From an uncultured Nitrospiraceae bacterium (GTDB lineage Bacteria > Nitrospirota > Thermodesulfovibrionia > Thermodesulfovibrionales > Dissulfurispiraceae), in the NCBI GenBank assembly GCA_963705105.1, contig CAVPIW010000007.1:192001-256000 (forward strand): a stretch of 64,000 bases of DNA, written 5' to 3'. The translations under genes and the position numbers were made by a program. Shown here one piece after another: positions 19,710-29,935 of the stretch (position 1 is its first letter; every line of letters starts with the position of its first letter). Under the pieces are notes generated by a model. That model saw nothing but the letters and a program-made list of their open reading frames with translations. It was not told where the DNA came from and made no database searches.

Positions 19710-20110
19710 TGTTGCATGCTCCGGACATGAAGGCGGGGCGTATGCGCCACCGTGATAGTCAATAAGTCATTGAGTCACTAAGTCATTGAACGACAGTCGA
19801 CAATGGACACAAAACCGCGTGCGTCACGACGGTAAGGCTGATGTGGTGAAAATCCCTTCCGCTAAGATACCTTATCGATCACCAGACAACCCTTTGCCGT
19901 GTCGATCGATGACACAGGACCGTCAGGCAACCGGGGGCTTAACACCTGGAGAGGTCTCATCATCGCATTGGAAAGGCTTTGAATCATATCTGCCTTCCCG
20001 GAGGGCAGACGTTTGGGATGAAATCATGATAAACGAACTTGGAATGATCAATCTCGCAATCAGCGAGGCTTTAAGGCGTTTTGCCCCGCCTTTTCGCGCG
20101 ACTGCAAGGT
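19703..20110 (+). repeat. Dispersed modular element (8-mer block + core)
   Basis: Left end overlaps the upstream stop codon; AAGTCATT/GAGTCACT block; core 19830-20000; right arm. Confidence 0.88.
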
Positions 20111-20120
20111 TTACTGTGCC

Positions 20121-21623
20121 GTGAGACTGCTCCTCATCAACTCCAACATGTTCATGCAGCCCTGGCCCGTGATCCCCTACGGCCTGTGCTGCATTGCCGC
20201 CTCGGCGGAGGAGGCCGGCCACGACGTCAGGGTCCTCGACCTGTGCTTCTCCAGGCATCCCGGGAAAGACATCGCGGACGCCGTCGCCGCCTTCAGGCCG
20301 GACGTCATCGGCATCAGCATCCGGAACATCGACAACGCCGTAGGATACAAGACTCGATTCCTCCTCGATGATGTCCGGGAGCGCGTTATCATCCCCTGCA
20401 AAGAGTGCTTCAAGGGACCCATGCTTATCGGCGGCCCCGCCGTCGGCATCAGCGGCCGGGAGATGCTGAGCTTCTTCGACCTGGAATACGCGATACGCGG
20501 CGACGGGGAACAGGCTGTCCTCGAGTTCCTGAGACGAATGGAGAGCGGCGCTCCTCTTGAAGGCATGCCGGGACTGATCGTCCGAAGGGACGGACAGATC
20601 ATCGCCGACAGCGAGCCCCTGAGGGTCGAAAACCTCGATGTCCTGCCCCGTGTCAGCCCTTCCCGTTACGTGGATATCGCCGCATACAGCCGCGTCAACT
20701 CTCCCCTGCAGATCCAGACGAAAAGGGGCTGCGCCCTTCACTGCTCCTACTGCACCTATAACCGCATAGAAGGCGTCCGCTACCGGCTCAGGGACCCCTC
20801 GGCCGTAGCCGATGAAATCGAGCGTCTTGTGAAGGAAACAGGCATCAACAGGATCGAATTCGTGGACAGCACCTTCAACATCCCCCTGCCCCACGCCAAA
20901 GCCGTCCTGAGAGAACTCATCCGAAAAGACCTCCACCTCGATCTGCGCACCATGGGACTGAATCCCGGCGCCGTCGACGAGGAACTGGTGAACCTCATGA
21001 AGCAGGCGGGTTTCCGTGAAGTCGACCTCGGCGTCGACTCCGGGTGCGACGCCATGCTGAGAAACCTGGGCAAGAACTTTCTGAAGGAGGACGTGCTGAA
21101 GGCCGGAAAACTCCTCCGGGAGAAAAACATCCCCGTGAAATGGTTTCTGCTCCTCGGCGCTCCGGGGGAGAACAGGGAGACCATACGCGAGACCTTCGAC
21201 ACCGTCCTGCACGCCGCGTCCCCCTGGGACCTGATCGTCATCGCCGTCGGCATGCGCGTCTACAACGGATCACCCGTCGCCGACCTCGTCCGGCAGGAAG
21301 AGCCGTCGGCGGCGAAGGACGACTTTCTCTATCCCGTGTCTCTTCCCGAAGGGACGACCATCGATCCGGGGGAATTGAAACAAATCGTCAAGACCGAGTC
21401 TTTCAGGCGGGATAATTTCTTTCTTTACAGTGACGACGAAAAGACCCCGCTGCCGGTGCTCGTCGCCGGGACGGCGCTGATGAGGATCTTCACGCCCCGT
21501 CAGCCCCTGTGGCGCCTCTTCATCGTGAAAAGGAAGATCGAGTCATTCACCGGCCTGCGCCGAAGGAAGGAGAGGCAATATTTGAAGCAGATCGGACGGA
21601 GGATAAGGCCATCCCTGCCCTGA
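20121..21623 (+). CDS. B12-binding radical SAM protein
   Basis: N-terminal cobalamin-binding domain (ISIRNIDN); RGCALHCSYC CxxxCxxC motif. Confidence 0.9.
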   Translation: MRLLLINSNMFMQPWPVIPYGLCCIAASAEEAGHDVRVLDLCFSRHPGKDIADAVAAFRPDVIGISIRNIDNAVGYKTRFLLDDVRERVIIPCKECFKGPMLIGGPAVGISGREMLSFFDLEYAIRGDGEQAVLEFLRRMESGAPLEGMPGLIVRRDGQIIADSEPLRVENLDVLPRVSPSRYVDIAAYSRVNSPLQIQTKRGCALHCSYCTYNRIEGVRYRLRDPSAVADEIERLVKETGINRIEFVDSTFNIPLPHAKAVLRELIRKDLHLDLRTMGLNPGAVDEELVNLMKQAGFREVDLGVDSGCDAMLRNLGKNFLKEDVLKAGKLLREKNIPVKWFLLLGAPGENRETIRETFDTVLHAASPWDLIVIAVGMRVYNGSPVADLVRQEEPSAAKDDFLYPVSLPEGTTIDPGELKQIVKTESFRRDNFFLYSDDEKTPLPVLVAGTALMRIFTPRQPLWRLFIVKRKIESFTGLRRRKERQYLKQIGRRIRPSLP

Positions 21624-21762
21624 AATCATACCTTCCTCGGGGGAGCCGACCGCTTTCGTAATGCTTTGTTGGTGATTCGGGAAATAGGGGACAGATCCGA
21701 GCAGCCGGGTCTTTGATATAATAAGCGAACAATAGCTGATGTATTAGGCGGAGGAAAGTCAT

Positions 21763-21990
21763 ATGAAATTCACCCGGATAACCATCGAGCCCGATAAAAT
21801 GGGGGGGGTGCCCTGCATCAGGGGAATGAGGATACCGGTAGCATCGGTTGTAGGAATGGTCGCCGACGGGATGAGCGAGAAGGAGATACTCGGCGCCTAT
21901 CCTGATCTTGAACCTGATGACATTCGTGAAGCTTTGCTCTATGCTGCCGAGGCGGTGAAAGAACGGCAGATTCCTGTCGTTCATGCATGA
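21763..21990 (+). CDS. DUF433 family antitoxin
   Basis: RITI.P..MGGVPCIRGMRIPV...YPDL...DI.EAL.YAA. Confidence 0.9.
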   Translation: MKFTRITIEPDKMGGVPCIRGMRIPVASVVGMVADGMSEKEILGAYPDLEPDDIREALLYAAEAVKERQIPVVHA

Positions 21991-22352
21991 GGTTTCTGGT
22001 TGACAACGCGCTGTCTCCGCTGACAGCAAAAGGATTACGGGATGCCGGCTTCGAAGCCCTTCATGTGAGAGACATCGGCATGCATTCCGCGTCCGATCAG
22101 GTCATTTTCGAATATGCGAGAAAGGCGAATCTGACGATCGTCACGGCTGATACGGATTTCGGCACCTTGCTTGCTCTTTGGCAATACTCCGCACCATCGG
22201 TAATCATTTTCAGAACTTCCGAGAAGCATCCGGCGGACCAGCTCTCTTTGCTCCTGAATCATTCATCCGCAATAGCCGACCTCCTGTCGGCGGGGAGCGT
22301 CGTCGTATTCGAAGACACAAGGATCAGGGTAAGAGCTCTTCCGATTGCCTGA
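21987..22352 (+). CDS. DUF5615 PIN-like toxin
   Basis: MRFLVDNAL, HVRD.G, VTADTDFG, RIRVR.LPI motifs; ATGA overlap with the antitoxin. Confidence 0.88.
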   Translation: MRFLVDNALSPLTAKGLRDAGFEALHVRDIGMHSASDQVIFEYARKANLTIVTADTDFGTLLALWQYSAPSVIIFRTSEKHPADQLSLLLNHSSAIADLLSAGSVVVFEDTRIRVRALPIA

Positions 22353-22685
22353 TAACAGGGACCCGAGGGTGGCTCTGACGCCATCGAGAGCGGACTGGCC
22401 ATTCTTAAAAGAACCGTGAGAGGTGTCTTCTCCCCGGGGATATCCTTGATTTCTTCCACCAAGACGCTGAGACTACTTCTTTGCCACGAAGAAATATGCA
22501 GCCTTCTTCCTGTCTTTTTTTTGACATTTGAAGGTCCTGTGCCATAGGAGATGTTCTTCCGAGAGTCCGCAGCGAATGATGTTCTCTGAATAATGCGTGG
22601 TACTACCGGAAAGAGTCTGCTTACGGAGGATAGCTGACGTGAAGTCACTACCTTGGAAAGAACGAGCCTCATAATGTCGCCAGAC

Positions 22686-22732
22686 ATGTCAATATGACAT
22701 AGAAAAGTCAAAATGACATATCATATTGACAC
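22686..22732. promoter_or_regulatory. Three TGTCA-N3-TGACA-like palindromes, putative operator
   Basis: ATGTCAATATGACAT, AAGTCAAAATGACAT, ATATCATATTGACAC, about 100 bp upstream of the response regulator. Confidence 0.45.
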
Positions 22733-22835
22733 TCCCCCTTTTTCTCGCCAATCAGTCTATTTGTAACCCTTTGTATTTAGGTATTATCTTCAGCCCCTTC
22801 CAGCTGGCACGGACCTTGTACTTCTTTTTCCGCCC

Positions 22836-23253
22836 ATGAAGACAATTCTCATCGTCGAGGATGACCGGTTGACCTGCTTCCTGCTTCAGGAGGCCTTCGC
22901 CCTTTTCTCAAACGACAATAATGTCCTGATTGCCGGAGACGGCGGTGAGGCCCTCGGCATCATGGAAAAGGAGCAGATCGACGTCATACTCACAGACATC
23001 ATGATGCCCGTCATGGACGGCTTCGAGCTGATCGCAGCCGTCAGGGCACAAAACAAGGACATCCCGATCTACGTCATGACGAGCTATAGCCCCTCCCTTA
23101 TGGAGGAAAGGCTGGGGGGGGCAGGACATCACCGGCTTTTTCCCGAAACCCTACGACCCTCAAACGATGATCTCCCTGATCAGCCGGTCCCCTTTGCCGA
23201 AAGACGGCGCACAGAGCAATGGACGGACAACCGAAGAGACACAGGCGCACTAA
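22836..23253 (+). pseudogene. Single-domain response regulator, frameshifted in a G8 tract (23114-23121)
   Basis: ILIVEDD, TDIMMPVMDG, MTS motifs; removing one G restores GFFPKPYD (conserved KP) and a stop at 23253. Confidence 0.8.
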
Positions 23254-23581
23254 AGGGAACTCCGGTGGCAAGACGGCCGAGCAGCTCTGGCGGGAGGTGC
23301 TGGAGCAGCAGCAGAGCGTCATCGTGCGGCGGATCGTCACGGCCGTCGAAAGCTGCCTCATCGACCTCAATACGGTCCCATCTGAGGAGGAGAGAGAGAA
23401 GATCCGGCGTATCTGCCGCAGGCTCGTCGGATATGACCCGATCAGCCGGGGCGTCAGAGCCTCAGCCCTCGATGTGTGGAACCGTCTATACCGTGATGAA
23501 TACGGCGTAGTGCCGGAGGGTGACGGGCGGGAAAACGTGCAACCACAGACCCGTGGAGACCATGAAGTCATCCAGGAATGA
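23219..23581 (+). CDS. Hypothetical protein
   Basis: 120-aa helical-looking ORF filling the gap before the RHS gene. Confidence 0.45.
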   Translation: MDGQPKRHRRTKGNSGGKTAEQLWREVLEQQQSVIVRRIVTAVESCLIDLNTVPSEEEREKIRRICRRLVGYDPISRGVRASALDVWNRLYRDEYGVVPEGDGRENVQPQTRGDHEVIQE

Positions 23582-23675
23582 CGGCTGATAACCAACAGTG
23601 GCTTTATAGAGAGACTATGCAGATACGATGAACAGTAGAAAAACGTAACTCCACAAGAGAAGGATGAGGTGAACC

Positions 23676-26600
23676 GTGAAAGTGAATGAAAGACCCAGGC
23701 CAGGCGCCACAGGCAGTGGACGTTTTGTATCGATCGGATGTCTCATCGCTTTTTTTCTTCTGATAACATGCCTGCTATCCCCTGAGGTCCCGGCAGGGGT
23801 CAAGATCGTCCCCAGCGGCAACTCTTTGACGGTATTTGCAACCTTTACGGATTGTCGTGAATGCTGTGATGACTTCTGTAGCCCATCCTGTATCATCAGC
23901 TGGTACGGCGGACAAGCCTGGTATAGTGCGGTGAAGTTGGACGGTTCATCCAGCGGGGGCGGGTGCGACTCCGGTGACAGCTATACAGCTACCTGCGGTA
24001 CATTCGTCGCTTCCTGGGACGACATCGTGTACGTAAGGGGAAGGGCCCACGTCTGCAGTGAGTATGAATACGACACGCAATATATAGACTATTTCGACCG
24101 ATGCGAGAATAAACATCCCACCGACTCTGCCGTCAACGTCCTGACCGGCAACCTCTCCCACTCCCCGCAGGTCGGCCCTCTGGCGATCAATTACGACAGC
24201 CTGGGAACGATGAGCCCTCTGGGACGCGGATGGTCCCATGCCTACTCCAGGCGCATCAGGCAGGCACCGTATAACGGACCGACCGTCCTGCTGCAGACCA
24301 GCTGGCGCGACAGGATACGGTTCGAGCGGGGGAGCGACGGGCTCTTCCACTCGGCTTCACCCCGCGACAGATCGGTGCTCACAAAGAACCCCGACCTGAC
24401 CTGGACACGGAGTGAGCCCAACGGCACCGTCTCCACCTACGGCGCCGACGGCTACCTCCGGACGGTCACGGACAGTAACGGCAACGTCACCCGTCTGACC
24501 TACAGCGGCTTCAACCTCAGGACCATCACCGACCCCGTCGGCAGGACCATCCAGATCACCACCAACAGCAGCGGCAGGATTACCGCCGTCAAGGACTATG
24601 CGGGCAACAGCTATACGTTCACCTATACAACGGTCCCGACATACGGAGACCTCCTGACAAGGATCACCGACCCCCTGGGCAACGCATGGATGTTCACCTA
24701 CACGAGCGACGGCAAGATGAGGACCAAGACCGACCCGTCCGGCAGCGCCGTCACTTACACATATACAGCGGGCGGCACTGTTCAGAAGGTCGAAGACCCC
24801 GAGGGAGCATCCATGGAGTTCCGGTATGCCCCGTCTCCCATTTCCTGCGGACCCTCGGGCTCTCCCTGTAACATCGAACCGGAAAGCATCGCCGAAGTGA
24901 CGGCGAAAGACGGCGGCATCTGGAAATACCACTACCGAACGGGCGAACACGTCCCCTATAAGGTCACGGACCCTCAGGGCAATACCAAGACGTATCAATA
25001 CGACGGCAGCGGCAACCTCATCGGCAGCAACGACGACCCGTCAAGCGACGGGACGACCTATACGTACGACACCAACGGCAACATGCTGACCATGACAGAC
25101 GCCATGGGAGCGGTAACACGATACACCTACAACGCTCTGAACAAACCCTTAACCATGACCGATCCCCTCGGCAACGTGACGACGTATACCAATGACGCCA
25201 AGGGGAACATGCTGACCATGACGGACCCAACGGGGAACATAACAACCTATGAATACTACCCGTCAGGGAAAGTGAAAACCGTCCGGAACCCTCTGAATCA
25301 GGTGACGGCCTTTACCTACGACCAGTACAACAACCCGGCGACCGTCACCGACCCCGCCGGGGGGATAACGCGCTTCACCCACGACATCTTGGGCAACATG
25401 CTGACCAGGACGGACCCCATGGGAAACGTCTCGAGATACGAATACAACGCACTCAATCAGGTCGTCCGGATGACCGATGCCCAAGGTCATGTCACAACCT
25501 ACTCCTACGATCCCAAGGGCAACCTCACGACAGCGACGGACGCGAACGGTAACATAACCCGTTATGAATACAACTACCGGGGGCAGACGACGAAGGTCAT
25601 CGATCCCCTGGGAGGAACGACGAACTATACCTATGGAAGCATGGGTTGCACCACCGGTTGCGGGGGAGGAAGCGATAAGCTCACATCGATCACCGATCCC
25701 GCCGGTAATACGACAACATACACCTATGACACCGCCGGCAGACTGATCAAGGAGACCGATCCCGAAGGACATGAGACCCTCTTTACCTACGATCCTGCCG
25801 GGAATGTCGCATCCAAGACCGATGCAAACGGTGTTACAGTTACCTACGCCTATGACCCGGTGAAGCGCCTCACACAGGCGACGTATCCCGACCCGACGCA
25901 AAATGTGAGCTATACCTATAATGCGCCCGGCAAGGTGCTCTCCGTCACCGATCCGTCGGGAACGACGACTTACGCCTATGACAGCATCGGCAGTCCCCTG
26001 AGTGAAACGAAAGCGATCGATGGAGACAACTACACCACAAGTTATTCCTACAACGCCGCAGGAAGCCTGACATCCATAACCTATCCCGGCGGACGAACCA
26101 CGTCGTACAATTACGATCAGGTTGGAAGGATCGCCTCCGTCACGGAGAGCAAGAACGGCACGACCAGAAATGTCATCAGCGGGATCACCTACAATGCAAA
26201 CAGCCTGGTATCGCAGATGACCCATGGCAACGGGATCGTCACCTCCAAAACCTATGATCCCCTGAACGCCTTGAGCAGCCTGCAGATCGGGCCACACAAA
26301 CATCTCACTTATACCCGTGACGCCATCGGCAACATAACGGCAATCACCGATCAGCTTGATCCTGCAAAGACGAAATCCTTCGTCTACGATCCTCTGTATC
26401 GTTTAACACAGGCAATTGGGCCGTGGGAAACACTCCAATACGGCTACGATCCCGTCGGCAACAGGACGACGGAATCGATGAACACTTCAACGACGAGCTA
26501 TGCATACACCGCCAACAAGCTCACATCATCCACGGGATCGAAGACATTTGCCTTTGCGTACGATAACAATGGAAACACCGTCATGGAAAACCAGAGACAG

Positions 26601-27374
26601 TTCGTCTATAATCAGAATCAGAGACTGATCAGGGCGCTGGAAGGAACGACCGTTCTGGGTGAATACGTCTATAACGCAAAAGGTCAGAGGGTAAAGAAGA
26701 CCGCTGGTGGACAGACGACCCTGTATCACTATGACCTGCAGGGTAACCTCATAGCTGAATCAACGGCAGACGGAACGATCAGGACGGAATATGTCTACCT
26801 GAACGGACAGCCCATCGGAAAGATCGAAGGGAACAATCTGTCTTACTATCACACCGACCATCTCGGCACGCCGATGATCATGACCGATACCGCTGGCGCC
26901 AAGGTGTGGGAGGGTGAGTTCCTGCCCTTCGGAGAACCCCTGTCGATCACGGGCACCGAGACGAACAATCTCCGTTTTCCCGGGCAATATCATGATCAAG
27001 AGACAGGGCTTGACCAGAATTGGCACAGGGAGTATAAACCAGAGATAGGAAGGTACATGAGCGTCGACCCGATTCTAACACCTGGAAATCCTTATGTGCC
27101 TTTCATGATGCCTGCTCTTCTTAAGAAACCTGCAATGCTACATGCTTATAATTACGTGGAAAACAACCCTGTTAACAAAAGGGATCCCTTGGGTTTGATG
27201 TCATGCGGTGGGTGTAATTTGAATGATTGTCTAAATGCCTGCACTGCTGGAGGGGTAGCGTTGCGGAATTTCTGCCGCTCATTGCCTGACCCGCGATTGC
27301 GTGCTGGTTGCTGGGCTTTGGAGTTTGTTGGCGAAAATGTATGTAAGGGCTGGTGTTATTGGAACTGCAGGTGA
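23676..27374 (+). CDS. RHS/YD-repeat protein with N-terminal hydrophobic leader and Cys-rich C-terminal tip
   Basis: Many YD repeats; YYHTDHLGTP, LRFPGQY.D.ETGL, NNPVNKRDPLGL core. Confidence 0.95.
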   Translation: MKVNERPRPGATGSGRFVSIGCLIAFFLLITCLLSPEVPAGVKIVPSGNSLTVFATFTDCRECCDDFCSPSCIISWYGGQAWYSAVKLDGSSSGGGCDSGDSYTATCGTFVASWDDIVYVRGRAHVCSEYEYDTQYIDYFDRCENKHPTDSAVNVLTGNLSHSPQVGPLAINYDSLGTMSPLGRGWSHAYSRRIRQAPYNGPTVLLQTSWRDRIRFERGSDGLFHSASPRDRSVLTKNPDLTWTRSEPNGTVSTYGADGYLRTVTDSNGNVTRLTYSGFNLRTITDPVGRTIQITTNSSGRITAVKDYAGNSYTFTYTTVPTYGDLLTRITDPLGNAWMFTYTSDGKMRTKTDPSGSAVTYTYTAGGTVQKVEDPEGASMEFRYAPSPISCGPSGSPCNIEPESIAEVTAKDGGIWKYHYRTGEHVPYKVTDPQGNTKTYQYDGSGNLIGSNDDPSSDGTTYTYDTNGNMLTMTDAMGAVTRYTYNALNKPLTMTDPLGNVTTYTNDAKGNMLTMTDPTGNITTYEYYPSGKVKTVRNPLNQVTAFTYDQYNNPATVTDPAGGITRFTHDILGNMLTRTDPMGNVSRYEYNALNQVVRMTDAQGHVTTYSYDPKGNLTTATDANGNITRYEYNYRGQTTKVIDPLGGTTNYTYGSMGCTTGCGGGSDKLTSITDPAGNTTTYTYDTAGRLIKETDPEGHETLFTYDPAGNVASKTDANGVTVTYAYDPVKRLTQATYPDPTQNVSYTYNAPGKVLSVTDPSGTTTYAYDSIGSPLSETKAIDGDNYTTSYSYNAAGSLTSITYPGGRTTSYNYDQVGRIASVTESKNGTTRNVISGITYNANSLVSQMTHGNGIVTSKTYDPLNALSSLQIGPHKHLTYTRDAIGNITAITDQLDPAKTKSFVYDPLYRLTQAIGPWETLQYGYDPVGNRTTESMNTSTTSYAYTANKLTSSTGSKTFAFAYDNNGNTVMENQRQFVYNQNQRLIRALEGTTVLGEYVYNAKGQRVKKTAGGQTTLYHYDLQGNLIAESTADGTIRTEYVYLNGQPIGKIEGNNLSYYHTDHLGTPMIMTDTAGAKVWEGEFLPFGEPLSITGTETNNLRFPGQYHDQETGLDQNWHREYKPEIGRYMSVDPILTPGNPYVPFMMPALLKKPAMLHAYNYVENNPVNKRDPLGLMSCGGCNLNDCLNACTAGGVALRNFCRSLPDPRLRAGCWALEFVGENVCKGWCYWNCR

Positions 27375-27378
27375 ACCC

Positions 27379-27852
27379 ATGGAAAAAATGAACACGCTAA
27401 TTCGGAATATTATCGCCACGAGAAAACTACACGAGTCTGTTCTTGATGGGAAAACAGTGCTTGTGCGAATCGGAAAGCCGCGGAAAATTTCCGTCACTGA
27501 ATGGGAATGCGCCTTTCATATATCGAATATCGGTATGCATGAAATTCAGTTCGGTCATGGAATAGATGGCGTCCAAGCGCTAATCCAGGCAATTGAAGGC
27601 GCTCGCGTATTTTTGGAAAAAAGTGGGAAAAAATTCATCTGGGAAGGGGCAGAAGAAGGTGAGACCGGCATCCCTCGATACGTACCGATGTTTTATGGCA
27701 AGGACTTTACCGAGCATCTTCATAAAATGATAGATTCTGAAATGGCACGATTTGCGAAAGCGGCCGGAAGGCGATTCGCAGTGAAGGCTCAAAGTGAAAC
27801 ACGTACTGGCAAGGGAGCCCAGAGCAAAAGAAATAGAAAGGGAAAATACTGA
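27379..27852 (+). CDS. Putative immunity protein (DUF6968-like)
   Basis: Directly after RHS, AT-richer; IATR.L...V.VRIGKP...WEC.F.I...GIDG.QAL pattern. Confidence 0.65.
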   Translation: MEKMNTLIRNIIATRKLHESVLDGKTVLVRIGKPRKISVTEWECAFHISNIGMHEIQFGHGIDGVQALIQAIEGARVFLEKSGKKFIWEGAEEGETGIPRYVPMFYGKDFTEHLHKMIDSEMARFAKAAGRRFAVKAQSETRTGKGAQSKRNRKGKY

Positions 27853-28321
27853 TTACAGAGCTTTTCGCTGTTAAACATTGTCATAGTTGTCATAATGTCA
27901 GGCCTACACGGGCTGTTGCCCAAACGGGTTTTGACGGACCGAGCTAGAATAACTCCTATCCATCACTTTTCCATTAGAATGTCCGGAACGGCAACGATGT
28001 CTGGAATATACAGCGATTACTTCCACAGTCAGAGACCATAGCGCCTTCATAAGGTGCAGTTTCCGCTGCCAATGGGTCGAGGAGAATCGCGACAGTAATA
28101 GCCAGTATACTCGCCTCGATAGTCGACACTATTCACGACAAAAGTTTCAGGAGTAGCAATGAAAATTTTCATTCCAGCCGGACAGACCAAGGTGCGACTT
28201 CGTGGCTGAAGTCGGCGCGCACGGACTGATCGAAAAGCCTTTCAGTTGAGATGAGTGTTTAGCAATGCTGCCGATGCAATACGTGACTACTCCACGCTTT
28301 CTTCTGACCGGCGGCAAGAGA

Positions 28322-28930
28322 TTACGAATCAGGCCGTTCCGTGCTGGGTCTATCCCCTGGTCCGGGCAGGGACTTTTTTGAGCCGCCCCTCGCTTCTCCT
28401 TCAATCAGCGAATCTATGTCATCATAGGCATAAATCGTCAGGGCCCTGTTGTCCGGCAAACCTCCCGTATCCACGGAAGGCCCGTACACACTGTGAACCT
28501 GCCTGCCCAGCAGTCTCAGCAGCATCGTCATCTCCGCCCGGTGATGAGCCGTGTGGGCGATCCTCCTGACCATTATCCAAGCCCTTGTATGCCTGACATC
28601 GAAAAAGGGGACCTCCTGTTCCCACCAGATTTTATCCTTTCCCCTGAGAACAAGCAGCCGCTTTCCGGAATCCTCGGCGTATCGTTTTATGAACTCGAAA
28701 CGCAGCTCCCTTTCGGGCAACGGAGGTGCACCGACATCAATGCCGAACATATTGCAGAACCACTTGTTTTCACTCAAACACTGATGAACCATGTGCTCAA
28801 GAGGGTTCCTGTCTCTCCCAAGGAGCGGATGGGGTCGGATCGGGAGGTCCTCATCACTGAACAGGCTCCAGACGTTCAGGGTCTTGAGCCGCTCGGAGTC
28901 ATAGGTATCAACAAGAAAATCATATTCCAC
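28322..28930 (-). CDS. DinB family protein
   Basis: MVHQCLSE..WF and RRIAHTAHHR motifs. Confidence 0.85.
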   Translation of the reverse strand: MEYDFLVDTYDSERLKTLNVWSLFSDEDLPIRPHPLLGRDRNPLEHMVHQCLSENKWFCNMFGIDVGAPPLPERELRFEFIKRYAEDSGKRLLVLRGKDKIWWEQEVPFFDVRHTRAWIMVRRIAHTAHHRAEMTMLLRLLGRQVHSVYGPSVDTGGLPDNRALTIYAYDDIDSLIEGEARGGSKKSLPGPGDRPSTERPDS

Positions 28931-29054
28931 ACGAATTCTCCTTCCCTTTCCACATGCGCACAGGCAGTTTATTTTGCGAAGAAATCATGCCCTCTCCTCG
29001 TATCCGATTATTTTGGACCGCAATGATTCCCTGATAAAGAGGTCTCTCTCCCCC

Positions 29055-29213
29055 CTAATCGCGGCGGTCTTTCCCGGAATTGCCGAAGAGATACTTGCTC
29101 CGCGATATGAGGATGACGACGAGGGCGAAGATGAGGGCTATACCGATAAACTTTGTGAGTTTGAGGACGATGAGAAGGACCAGGATGGCGGCGATGATTA
29201 GGTAGGTCGTCAC
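29055..29213 (-). CDS. Small membrane protein (52 aa)
   Basis: GTG start immediately after the atpI stop; MTTYLIIAAILVLLIVLKLTKFIGIALIFALVVILISRSK...; not in the ORF track. Confidence 0.55.
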   Translation of the reverse strand: MTTYLIIAAILVLLIVLKLTKFIGIALIFALVVILISRSKYLFGNSGKDRRD

Positions 29214-29573
29214 TCACCCCTCTTGCTTTTTCGAGTAGAGCAGGCCCTCTTTCACAATGATGAAGAAGACGACCGTCAGGCCGATGAGCAGGCCGTAGAC
29301 CTTGATCAGCTTGAGGACGAAGAGGACGACGAGGGCCGCAAAAACAATGAACATCTTGAAGATGCTGATGAAGACCATCTTCCCCTGCGCTCCCTCGGCT
29401 CCCAGCAGGTTCGTGGCGCTCCAGACGATCCCTCTCAGGTTGAGGACAGCGACCAGTCCACCGACGACGATGCTCAGCGCAAACCGCCATTCCTCGACAA
29501 AGAGGGAAACACCGGAGGCTGCTATGATGACGACGGCGGCCTGGACGTTAATGCGGCGGACCATTTCATCCAT
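29214..29573 (-). CDS. atpI: ATP synthase subunit I-like membrane protein
   Basis: Four hydrophobic segments; follows the AtpZ-like gene. Confidence 0.7.
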   Translation of the reverse strand: MDEMVRRINVQAAVVIIAASGVSLFVEEWRFALSIVVGGLVAVLNLRGIVWSATNLLGAEGAQGKMVFISIFKMFIVFAALVVLFVLKLIKVYGLLIGLTVVFFIIVKEGLLYSKKQEG

Positions 29574-29576
29574 CTG

Positions 29577-29861
29577 TCACCGGTCCTCCTTTCCCTGTTT
29601 CTTCGCAACCCTGAAGAGTTCCCTGAAGCCCGCAATGATCCCGAAGATCAGGAAAATGAACGACAGCCAGGGTTTCGTCCCGAAGAGACTGTCAAGGCCG
29701 TAGCCCATGGCGAGACCGGCAAAGGTGCAGAGGACGAGGTGGATGCCGACGGAAAAGGCGTAATAGACATCTTTGTCGAAAATGTTTCCCGAGAGTTGCC
29801 GGAAAAAGGATTTCTTCTCTTCCTTTTCGTCTTTTTTTCTTTCAGTTTTTTCGTCGGTCAA
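29577..29861 (-). CDS. AtpZ/AtpI family protein
   Basis: GYGLDSLFGTKPW...F...GIIAGFREL motif. Confidence 0.85.
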   Translation of the reverse strand: MTDEKTERKKDEKEEKKSFFRQLSGNIFDKDVYYAFSVGIHLVLCTFAGLAMGYGLDSLFGTKPWLSFIFLIFGIIAGFRELFRVAKKQGKEDR

Positions 29862-29935
29862 TGGGCACCTCCCCTCTCCTGCCGCCGCATCAAACGGCAG
29901 ACCTTTTGTGATGCGACCCGGTCAAACGACCATGC

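Noticed and set aside
22836..23510. 224-aa response regulator as given in the ORF track
   Set aside because: The C-terminal half is out-of-frame read-through after the G8 tract
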